From assembly GCA_044224315.1 (NCBI GenBank), contig JBGAKR010000001.1, positions 1,298,733 to 1,362,732 of the forward strand: DNA of 64,000 nt, given 5' to 3'. The notes under the pieces were generated by a model. The model did no database searches. It had not been told where the DNA came from and was given only the letters and a program-made list of their open reading frames with translations. Each line of letters starts with the position of its first letter. Position 1 is the first letter of the stretch. The stretch comes from Bacteroidia bacterium (GTDB taxonomy: Bacteria; Bacteroidota; Bacteroidia; NS11-12g; UBA955). Below, in pieces: positions 27,355 to 35,529 of the stretch. Both the position numbers and the translations under genes were made by a program.

Positions 27355-27420
27355 CGATATCCGAAATCTGATATCTGATATCGGATTGCGGATATCTGAT
27401 GATGGATTTTAGATCTCGGC
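27355..27420. repeat. short array R4 of the GATATCGGAT family
   Basis: atatccgaaatctgatatctgatatcggattgcggatatctgatgatggattttagatctcgg. Confidence 0.6.
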
Positions 27421-27513
27421 TGTTCATTCACAATCCATAATTCACAATTCACAATTCGGCTGTCCGTTGCACTTTGCTGCGCCCATTGGAAATGTGGCGG
27501 ATTGCACCGGCTG

Positions 27514-27552
27514 TTCATTTTACATTTTACATTTTACATTTTACATTTTCCA
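27514..27552. repeat. (ACATTTT)n microsatellite abutting the stop of the membrane protein gene
   Basis: cattttacattttacattttacattttccatt. It is preceded by (TTCACAA)n at 27425-27455 and by a fourth copy of the CGCCCA...TGTGGCGG hairpin at 27478-27500. Confidence 0.8.
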
Positions 27553-28959
27553 TTACCTAAAAACCTCCCCCTTCTTCGCTTTCTCCGCATCCGTGGGGCT
27601 CAGCATTTTATCAAAATCTTTCGGAGGATTGGATTTAAAAAATATAGCCCAATACGCTTTTTTTGTCATACTGTCCCAATGCAGCAGCCCGCCCTGGTAT
27701 TGTCCGGTTTGGTTTAAATTGAGTTTGCAGAAAAAGAAAATAATGCAAATAAAAACGAGTCTTAATCCCGTTTTTAATTGGCTGATATATTGCAGCGAAA
27801 TGGCCAGGGGTAAGGCCAGAAGAGGGTAAAAATCAATCATGCTGCGGGCGCCAAAACTGCCGCCAAACCACCAGCACCACCAGCAAGAGTGTAGCCATAC
27901 GGTTATTAAAATAACCAAAAAAACGGGCCAACTGTATCCATTTCGGCGCAATATTTTATTAAAAATACCCGCCAAAGCAAACAGCATAATGGGTGTGTAT
28001 AACAGCCATCCCTTGCGGTAACTAAACAAATATTCGGGCAATAACCAATGGTTAAAAAAGAATTTTTCGCCCTCGTATCCGTAATACAAAAAATGCCCCG
28101 TGGCCCATTTCCAGTATATCAATTGGATAATGAACGGAATGGCCCCAACGCCTATTGCCAGCAGCACATGCCGGTAGTGATTGCGCCACTGTTGCAGCCT
28201 GTTTTTAAAATCAGAAAATTGGGTTATACCCAAACAAATTGGAATTAAAATTAATATAAAATCTGTAGGCCTTATAAGGGTAATAAAACCCAAACTAAAA
28301 CCTATAAAACCTGCGTATTTCCATCGAAAAGTTTGGTACCATTTAAGGCTGGCATAGAGCAATAAACTGCATAGAAAAAAATTAACGCTATGCGTCATAC
28401 AGGCCTCAAAGGTGGCATAATTGAGCAAATTGGTACCCAATGCCAATAGCAGTAGGGTGGCGCACCGCAGGTATTCGTTTACATGAAAAATACCCATGGA
28501 TTTGTAAATTAAAAAAAAAGCTACTATCAATAAAAAAAGAGTCCACACCCATACGCCGAATAAATAGGGGGTGGTAAATCCATCCTGCACCGCACCCGTA
28601 GCTTTGGCCAGTAAGTGCCCTGCAATAAAACCCGGGCTTACCATAATGGCATAGCCCAGTGTCATGCGAGTGGTGTAGCGCTTGGTAGGATGGGGTTTTA
28701 CCCAAAAATTGGAGATATAACCCGGTGGAAATGGCTTGTCTAAAAACCCAAAACCCCCGTCGTGATAAATGATAAATGCCGGCAAATACCCGTAGTACTC
28801 TATGGCATCCATTTTTACCAGGTAAGTAGGGTTGGTTGGATCCAAAGCCTTGCGTTCCAAAGTGGTTTGGGTATAGCTAAATGTAATCACAGCCAGGGTG
28901 ATAAGCAGGCAGTAATACTTAAAATTTTGCTGAACAATATCTAAAATCCGGGTTTGCAA
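27553..28959 (-). CDS. polytopic membrane protein, GT-C/ArnT/PMT-like glycosyltransferase fold (putative)
   Basis: 468 aa with more than 10 predicted TM helices and aromatic-rich loops (YGYLPAF, FWVKPHP). The function call rests only on architecture. Confidence 0.4.
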   Translation of the reverse strand: MQTRILDIVQQNFKYYCLLITLAVITFSYTQTTLERKALDPTNPTYLVKMDAIEYYGYLPAFIIYHDGGFGFLDKPFPPGYISNFWVKPHPTKRYTTRMTLGYAIMVSPGFIAGHLLAKATGAVQDGFTTPYLFGVWVWTLFLLIVAFFLIYKSMGIFHVNEYLRCATLLLLALGTNLLNYATFEACMTHSVNFFLCSLLLYASLKWYQTFRWKYAGFIGFSLGFITLIRPTDFILILIPICLGITQFSDFKNRLQQWRNHYRHVLLAIGVGAIPFIIQLIYWKWATGHFLYYGYEGEKFFFNHWLLPEYLFSYRKGWLLYTPIMLFALAGIFNKILRRNGYSWPVFLVILITVWLHSCWWCWWFGGSFGARSMIDFYPLLALPLAISLQYISQLKTGLRLVFICIIFFFCKLNLNQTGQYQGGLLHWDSMTKKAYWAIFFKSNPPKDFDKMLSPTDAEKAKKGEVFR

Positions 28960-28965
28960 GAAGCA

Positions 28966-29175
28966 GCAATATAATGTAAAATGTAGAATGCAAAATGCAA
29001 AATGGCAACGACGCGGTCAAAGGATGTTTTGCATGAAGGAAATGGAAAATGTAAAATGGAAGAATCGCGGTCTCTTGCATTTAATCCCAGCAAGAAAACC
29101 ATCACACAGGAATAGCCAAAAAGCCATGGCTGTTAAATTCTACATTCTACATTTTGCATTCCACATTAAAAAAGG
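28966..29175. repeat. inverted and direct copies of the ACATTTT microsatellite upstream of the membrane protein gene
   Basis: gtaaaatgtagaatgcaaaatgcaaaatgg ... ggaaaatgtaaaatgg (inverted orientation) and aaattctacattctacattttgcattccacatt (direct). Confidence 0.6.
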
Positions 29176-29191
29176 CCCTAAGGCCTTTTTT
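29168..29191. terminator. bidirectional intrinsic terminator after the 543-aa T9SS cargo gene
   Basis: aaaaaaggcc-ctaa-ggcctttttttt directly abutting the stop at 29192. Confidence 0.6.
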
Positions 29192-30811
29192 TTAGTTCTT
29201 CACCACCATAAGCTTTTGGGTTTGTATCTGCGCTCCGTGTCGGATTTGCACTATATACACCCCTTCGGCCCAGGTTTGGGTTTGTATTCTTATCGTTTGG
29301 CCAGTAGGATCGGTGTTTTTATACACCAAAGCACCGGTTTGGCTGTACACATTTACTTCTAGCGCCTCCTCGGTAAGGTTATTGCCAAATGTGGTAATGT
29401 CTACAAAGCTGCTGGTAGGGTTTGGTGCCATCATAATACCGGCATTGGCGCCTTGTTTAAACAGGCTGGCCACACCCGAAGTGTAGGTTTTGCCATTGGT
29501 ACCGGTTGCAGTAATACGGTATAGAATAGTGCCGCTTACGGCGCTTAAATCATCGTCGGTACTGTATTTAATAATTCCTTTTTCTTTTTTAGCGGTAACT
29601 GTAGTAAGGTAATTAAATTTTTTATCGCCGGGCAATGCGCGTTCTACCAGGTAAGTGGCCACCTGCTCGTCGTTATCTACGGTCCAGCTTACAGTTGCAA
29701 TCTGGTCTGATTTCCAGGTGGCGTTGATTCCCAAAAATTCAATGGGCAATGGTACTACCATCCAGGGGTCATTCCACACGGTTTTGGCAAATGCGCCAAA
29801 GTATTTAAGGTTGTTACGCACACTTACTATGGTGCTGCTTACTGGAGTTCCGGTGGTAAGGTCGCCCGGGCTAACACCTGCCTGGGTGCTTGCTTTGGCA
29901 AAGTTATCCCAGTTGGTATAGCTGATGGTATCACCCTCGGTATTGGGGCTGAAACCCACATAGCGGCTAATGAAATGGTAGGGACGGTAATTGGTAAAGT
30001 GGGCACCCTCATGGCCTGTATTGTGCTGCAGGTAAAGGTTGGCATTGCTACCCCCAACTACATCTTCTTTTACAAACCAGGTTGTTTGGGTACTGCGGTC
30101 GTTTTGCTGCGAACCGCTTACAGCCAGCTCTTTTACTTCAGGAGCCACGCGTATGCTAAAATTATCCGGAGTTCCGGTATTCTCCATAGCCGCCGGTTCG
30201 TAATTCAGTGCATTGGGGCCAATGGGCCATACCACTTTTACGGCACCCACATTTTTTCGCACCAAAAACCCCTGGTTTATTTGCAAGGGCGAGTTGGTAA
30301 CTACGTAGCGGTTTTCGTCAAACCCGTCTATTACCCCCGGGCCAGCATTGCCTACCACAAAATCGTTGCCATTGAGATACATTTTACCATTGATAAAACG
30401 CAGGGTATCAAGGGCCCCGGCCGATGAATTGACGAGTTGCACATTTTGGCTATTGTCAATTACGACCGATCCCAATTGGGTTCCGCCAGCATCCAGATAC
30501 TGGGGAAAACTACCGCTGCCGGGCATTAAACGAGGACCTTTGAATATCAATTGTCCGGCCCCTGAAACAGTGCTGCCAGTAACAATTTGCATAGAATCGC
30601 CAAAAAAATAAACCCGCGCATTGGGGTTAAAAACCAGGTTGCCTCCATTTACGGTAAGCTTGCCGTAAATCATTACGGTATCCTGAAAAAAGCCAACCCC
30701 AAGACCGGGTGAAAAGTATACATTGTCCTGTGCTTGCGCGGTAAAAACTCCTGTCATGAAAATGGCAAGCAACCAGGTGGCTTTTAAGCGGGTTTTAAAA
30801 TATTTTATCAT
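29192..30811 (-). CDS. T9SS cargo protein with FN3-like domain and type-A CTD
   Basis: Probable start MIKYFKTRLKATWLLAIFMTGVFTAQAQ. FN3-like WKSDQIATVSWTV...YRITATGTNGKTYTS. CTD MMAPNPTSSFVDITT...GVYIVQIRHGAQIQTQKLMVVKN. Confidence 0.75.
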   Translation of the reverse strand: MIKYFKTRLKATWLLAIFMTGVFTAQAQDNVYFSPGLGVGFFQDTVMIYGKLTVNGGNLVFNPNARVYFFGDSMQIVTGSTVSGAGQLIFKGPRLMPGSGSFPQYLDAGGTQLGSVVIDNSQNVQLVNSSAGALDTLRFINGKMYLNGNDFVVGNAGPGVIDGFDENRYVVTNSPLQINQGFLVRKNVGAVKVVWPIGPNALNYEPAAMENTGTPDNFSIRVAPEVKELAVSGSQQNDRSTQTTWFVKEDVVGGSNANLYLQHNTGHEGAHFTNYRPYHFISRYVGFSPNTEGDTISYTNWDNFAKASTQAGVSPGDLTTGTPVSSTIVSVRNNLKYFGAFAKTVWNDPWMVVPLPIEFLGINATWKSDQIATVSWTVDNDEQVATYLVERALPGDKKFNYLTTVTAKKEKGIIKYSTDDDLSAVSGTILYRITATGTNGKTYTSGVASLFKQGANAGIMMAPNPTSSFVDITTFGNNLTEEALEVNVYSQTGALVYKNTDPTGQTIRIQTQTWAEGVYIVQIRHGAQIQTQKLMVVKN

Positions 30812-30834
30812 ATTCGTATGCAATAATTTAAAGA

Positions 30835-32328
30835 CTATGGTATAACCCAGTACTGTAAGCTAGAACCCCTTATTACCTGTGTGGCATTTCCGTTGGAGGT
30901 ATTCTGGGCCCATTCAAAGCTAAAAGTGCCGCTGGTATTTACTTCTACTGTGCCCTCGATAAAAACATAGCCTACATTGGCACCGGTTACCCCATCATTG
31001 GTGGCAAGGGTTACAGACTGGGCCAGGGCATTGTTTACCGTGTGTGTGAATGTTTGTACATCATTGTCGCGCATTTGGGCCATGTATTGGATATTAGTAA
31101 CAGAGGTGCTGTGGTTGATTCTGAATTTAAAATCGGGCGTATTGTTCGATGATCCAAAGAATACCAATATTTTAAATCCATAAGTAGTGCTGGCTGTGGT
31201 GCTAAATGCCAGATCGGGGTCGGCGGCAAAGGTAGTAGTACTGCTGCGCGATGTGTTGGAGGTTTTGTAAATATGATTTACCACTTCGGGGGTTTTCCAG
31301 GTAGGTGCTGCGCTGCTTCCGTTAGAGGTAAGCACCTGTCCGCTGCTGCCGGTACCCGCATTTTGGAAACTGCCGGTATCGGTGGTGCCGCCGAGTATAA
31401 CACCATAGGCAGTGGTAGTGGTAAGGCCGGTTCCGCCATTGGCCACGGCTACAGTACCGGTAACATTGGCTGCAGTACCGGTGGTATTCTGGTTTAGTGT
31501 AGGAATATCAGCCGCTACTATGGCCCTGAAAGCAGGGGTGCCGGCCGCTCCGTTTGGTGCAGCATAAAAAGTATTGGCTGTTTGAGAGCCAAAGGGGGCC
31601 AGATAATCCGTACCCGCCACTGCGGCAGAGATGGCAGTACCATTGCCTTTCAGCAAACCGGTAATGCTTGTGCCAATGGTTATGGCTGGTGTGCTGGTAG
31701 CGGTGGCTACACTGCCTGTAAATCCGTTTGCCGAAACCACCGAGGCGCTTGTTACGGTGCCTACAGAAAAACTGCGGTTTGCACTTAAGTCTAAAGTAGT
31801 ACCGTTTATAGTAAGGGTACGCGAGGTTGAAACCGCATCGGTTATGCCATAGCCGGCTACTGTAGTAGGTTTGCCAGTGGTAATTTTGCTCCAGTCAAGG
31901 CTGGGAATATCGCTAGCACTAAGGGTAGTGCCGCTGGTTACCCGGCCAAAAGCATCGGTGGTAACTTTGGTATAAGTGCCGGCAGTACCGGTGGTACCCT
32001 GCAGCATTCTTTGCCAGGCGGTGCCATCCCAGTAATAAAATCCAGGGGTTACATTGTTGGGCGAGCTGCCTGCTGTGGCAGTATTGTATACTATGGTTCC
32101 TGTTAGCGGACCTGTGCCGGCATTCAGCGGGTTTTTGCTGTTTGTGGCTGTAAGGGCTATACGGGGAAAAGCTACACCTTTATTGGTACTTTCTATTTCC
32201 AATGCAGAGTTTGCATTTCGGGTACCGGGATTGTCACCAACCTTTAAGCCTTGGCCATAAATCCCTGTTGCTCCAACGAGCAACAGGGTTAAGGCTATAT
32301 TTTTCAATTTTAAATGTATCATTTTCAA
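30835..32328 (-). CDS. secreted T/G/S-rich repeat protein, paralog A (shared N-terminal MKVGDNPGT domain)
   Basis: 497 aa with a signal peptide. N-terminal GLKVGDNPGTRNANSALEIESTNKGVAFPRIALTATN and internal GTAGTYTKVTTDAFGRVTSG-type motifs. No T9SS CTD recognised. Confidence 0.6.
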   Translation of the reverse strand: MKMIHLKLKNIALTLLLVGATGIYGQGLKVGDNPGTRNANSALEIESTNKGVAFPRIALTATNSKNPLNAGTGPLTGTIVYNTATAGSSPNNVTPGFYYWDGTAWQRMLQGTTGTAGTYTKVTTDAFGRVTSGTTLSASDIPSLDWSKITTGKPTTVAGYGITDAVSTSRTLTINGTTLDLSANRSFSVGTVTSASVVSANGFTGSVATATSTPAITIGTSITGLLKGNGTAISAAVAGTDYLAPFGSQTANTFYAAPNGAAGTPAFRAIVAADIPTLNQNTTGTAANVTGTVAVANGGTGLTTTTAYGVILGGTTDTGSFQNAGTGSSGQVLTSNGSSAAPTWKTPEVVNHIYKTSNTSRSSTTTFAADPDLAFSTTASTTYGFKILVFFGSSNNTPDFKFRINHSTSVTNIQYMAQMRDNDVQTFTHTVNNALAQSVTLATNDGVTGANVGYVFIEGTVEVNTSGTFSFEWAQNTSNGNATQVIRGSSLQYWVIP

Positions 32329-32359
32329 TGAATCCTGATTTAAAGGTTTCGGTGAAGGA

Positions 32360-34303
32360 TTAATATTGGTTAATTACCCACCAGCTGGTTCCGTCAGACT
32401 GGATGGTCATGGTTTTGGGGAAATTGATATCGGTGAGCACAGATCCGCCACCTGTAAATTTCAGCGAAGTACCATTAAAATCGATGGCATTGCTGCTATG
32501 GTCGGCTTTGATAATTACAAATACACGGCCGGCATTGCTTGCAGCGCTGGGCAGGGTAAGGGTAAAAGCACCTGCAGAGGCATCGCAGATTACAGTGTAA
32601 TCGCTGGTAGCTACAGTATAGTTGCTGGTTTTGGTGGCAATAGGCATTACACCGGTAATGTCGTTTACGTTCATTTTGCGGAGGTTGCCAGAACCGTCTA
32701 CAGTTACAATCTCATCGGTAATGGCACCGGTAGCCAGGGTGCTTTGTCCGCTGGTTACACGGCCTTTGGCATCGGTGGTAACCTTAAAATAGGTACCCGC
32801 TGTGCCGTAATTGGCCAGTCCTACAACCGGAGCAGTTGCAGTGCCGGTTACATCCACTTCGTTTGAAGTTCCGCTAACAGAAGCAACCTTACCATCGATA
32901 TGGCTGGTTAAACCGGTTACCTGTGATTCGGCAATCTGAATAGAAGTTTCGCCTGCAGCAGTAATTAAACCTTTTGCATTTACGGTGAAGTTTGCAACTT
33001 TATCGGCAGTGCCAAATGAACCCACATTGCTGTTTACGGTGGCAAGTGTTAGGGCAGCACTACCAGGGCCGCTGGCAGTAGCATCGCCGGTAAGGGCAGT
33101 AATGTAGTTGCCTGCGGCTTGTTTGTTGTTAAAAGTGTTCCAATCGGCAGAAGAAAGCAAACCGTTTTGTGATCCTGAGGCAGTAGCAATGTTTATGCTT
33201 GCACCAGAACCCAGTACCGCACCTGTGCCATTGCTTACAGTAATGCCGCTGGTGGTGGTGGTAAGGTCGCCTTTGTTAATAGTAAGGGTCATATTAGCTC
33301 CGCCCACAACCGCGTTGGTACCATTGGTTACAGTAATGTCGCTGCTGGTTACATCGTTGCGGTTGATACCGATTACACCGGTAGAAGAATTAAAGGTAAT
33401 AGGGCCCGAACCGCTGATGCTGCTAAGTACGGCAGCCGATACAGTTTGGTTTTCCCATTTGCTGGTACCGGTGTTGTAAACCAATACCTGGCCGCTGGAT
33501 GGGGCGCTGATAGAGAAGTCGGTAATATCTGCAGTGGTAAGATCGTTTGCACCGGCTGTAACACGGCCATAGGCATCGGTAGTTACGCGGGTGTAAGTAC
33601 CGGCAGTACCTGCAGTGGCGAGGTTGATAACCGGATTTTGAGTAGTACCGCTAATTACGATATTGCCGGTAGTACCGCTTACATTGGTTACTTTGTTGTT
33701 AAAAGTAGTCCAGTCGGTAGAAGACAACAAACCGTTTTGTGAGCCGGTAGCAGTTGCAATGCTGATAGAGGTTCCGCTGCCGATAACTGCGCCGGTACCG
33801 TTATTGATAGTAACTCCGCTGGTGCTGCTGGTAACGTCGCCAAAAGTAAGGGCGTTTTGTTTGTTGTTAAAGGTATTCCAGTCGGTAAATGAAAGGTAAC
33901 CATCAGTACTGGTGTTGGCTTGAGAAATGCTCAAAACACCGGTAGATGGATTGTAAGAAAGAGGGGCATTGCTGGTAAGAGCAGAGGTTGCAGAAAGCAT
34001 ACGCTGCCATGCGCTTCCGTTCCAGTAGTAAAAACCGGGGGTTACATCATTGGCAGTTGCAGTGTTGTAAACAATGGTACCGGTGAGCAAAGTAGCTGTA
34101 AGCGGGCTTGATGAAGTGGTTTGGGTAAGTGCCAGTCTGGGCGCTACAAAACCCTTGTTTGTGCTTTGCAATTCCAATACAGAGTTTGGATTGATGGTTC
34201 CGGGGTTGTCTCCAACCTTCATTCCTTGTGCGTTCGCAGTAAAGCTGGTTACGGCGAGTGTGGCCATGGCTACGCCATAGCAAATGATTTTGCTGATTTT
34301 CAT
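32360..34303 (-). CDS. secreted T/G/S-rich repeat protein, paralog B
   Basis: 647 aa. N-terminus GMKVGDNPGTINPNSVLELQSTNKGFVAPRLALTQT. Repeated modules ...TAGTYTRVTTDAYGRVTAG / TAGTYFKVTTDAKGRVTSG / LSSTDWTTFNNK occur 3 times. Confidence 0.6.
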   Translation of the reverse strand: MKISKIICYGVAMATLAVTSFTANAQGMKVGDNPGTINPNSVLELQSTNKGFVAPRLALTQTTSSSPLTATLLTGTIVYNTATANDVTPGFYYWNGSAWQRMLSATSALTSNAPLSYNPSTGVLSISQANTSTDGYLSFTDWNTFNNKQNALTFGDVTSSTSGVTINNGTGAVIGSGTSISIATATGSQNGLLSSTDWTTFNNKVTNVSGTTGNIVISGTTQNPVINLATAGTAGTYTRVTTDAYGRVTAGANDLTTADITDFSISAPSSGQVLVYNTGTSKWENQTVSAAVLSSISGSGPITFNSSTGVIGINRNDVTSSDITVTNGTNAVVGGANMTLTINKGDLTTTTSGITVSNGTGAVLGSGASINIATASGSQNGLLSSADWNTFNNKQAAGNYITALTGDATASGPGSAALTLATVNSNVGSFGTADKVANFTVNAKGLITAAGETSIQIAESQVTGLTSHIDGKVASVSGTSNEVDVTGTATAPVVGLANYGTAGTYFKVTTDAKGRVTSGQSTLATGAITDEIVTVDGSGNLRKMNVNDITGVMPIATKTSNYTVATSDYTVICDASAGAFTLTLPSAASNAGRVFVIIKADHSSNAIDFNGTSLKFTGGGSVLTDINFPKTMTIQSDGTSWWVINQY

Positions 34304-34512
34304 TTTATTGTTGTTATTAAGTTTTTGTTGTTTGTTTTTGCCCGTTTAAAGGCGTTTTGTGATTGTTTTTTTAATGTTTGTTATGCTAGTTGGTGTTATT
34401 TGTTTTTTGTATGGATAGTTGGTTTTTTTATTTCTTTTTTTTGGGCATGGCTTCGCCAGGATGAGTTCGTTTACTAACTCTTATCTGCTTGTTTGTTAAG
34501 GGGTTGTTTAGG

Positions 34513-35076
34513 TTATTTCGACTTGCCTTTGGGTGGTACCGGTGTTTTAGTCGCCTTGTTTTTGATGGCGTTTATTACATCGGTTGTAATATCGGTTTTC
34601 GGATCGGTCCAGATTGCATTTTTAAGCATTCCCGAATCCCAAATGGTGCTGTATTTTTTTTGAGCGCCAATGGTAGCTGCGGCCTCTTTAATTTCTTTAA
34701 AAAACCCTGAATAAATCTGGCTGCGCTGCTGATCCAGCGAATTATTGGCAACAGCCTGAAAGGTATCCAGATTGGCCTGGTCGCGCTTTATTTCCTGCAA
34801 TTTAAGATTGGCGATGTAAGGTGAAAAACTGTCTTTACGGGTTTCATATTCCTTAATTTTTTGCTGCAATCCTACTAAAAGATAGTTGTACTGATTCTGA
34901 TACATGATTCGGATATTTTCCAGTTTTTTTACCGAATCTCCAAATCCGGGCATAGACCTTAAAACAGAATCTACATTTACATAAGCATTCACTCCGCTTT
35001 GGCTTTTTACAGTCTGCACATTCAGTATAAGAATGGCGGAAGTGAGGGTCATAATGATGGTACGAAAGTTTTTCAT
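34513..35076 (-). CDS. OmpH/Skp-family periplasmic chaperone
   Basis: Start chosen at MKNFRTIIMTLTSAILILNVQTVKSQ (signal peptide). AYVNVDSVLRSMPGF and a coiled-coil KIKEYETRKDSF...LQEIKRD are typical of OmpH. The ORF track start at 35214 adds an unlikely 46-aa leader. Confidence 0.65.
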   Translation of the reverse strand: MKNFRTIIMTLTSAILILNVQTVKSQSGVNAYVNVDSVLRSMPGFGDSVKKLENIRIMYQNQYNYLLVGLQQKIKEYETRKDSFSPYIANLKLQEIKRDQANLDTFQAVANNSLDQQRSQIYSGFFKEIKEAAATIGAQKKYSTIWDSGMLKNAIWTDPKTDITTDVINAIKNKATKTPVPPKGKSK

Positions 35077-35477
35077 GTATTTTGTTTTATGAACAAAGGT
35101 ACAATCCATCCCTTTTACGACTGCCATCTTGGGTTGTTTGTTTGTTAAGTGCCTGATCATCTTTTTTCTTGGTACAAATTTCAGGCTAATATTCGGGTTT
35201 GCAAGTTTTGCCATTTTAAGATTGTTTAAACAAACGTGACCGCAAGTAATAGATATTCAATAAAATATGCAAAATTGGGACAATTTGCGAATTGACAAAT
35301 ACCGGTTTTTAATTCACCAAATTAAGTTATGAATTAATAAAAAAGCTTAAATAATTAATGAAAATTGAACTTTTAGCAACAAAGCTGTAATCATTTTGCT
35401 ACAAAGAATTAATAAAACTGCGTAAATAATTAATAAAATGCTTGTTAGGCGTTGAAAACGCCCCTATAGGGAATAAA

Positions 35478-35512
35478 AAAACCGGATGCATTGCACCCGG
35501 TTTTTTAAACCT
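35478..35512. terminator. intrinsic terminator after the 996-aa cargo gene
   Basis: aaaaaaaccgg-atgcattgcac-ccggtttttt. Confidence 0.45.
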
Positions 35513-35529
35513 TATAAAAGGCAGAATGA

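Noticed and set aside
20195-27420. Possible CRISPR arrays, given the dense short repeats
   Set aside because: The units are contiguous with no unique spacers of regular length, and no cas genes are nearby. These are minisatellites.
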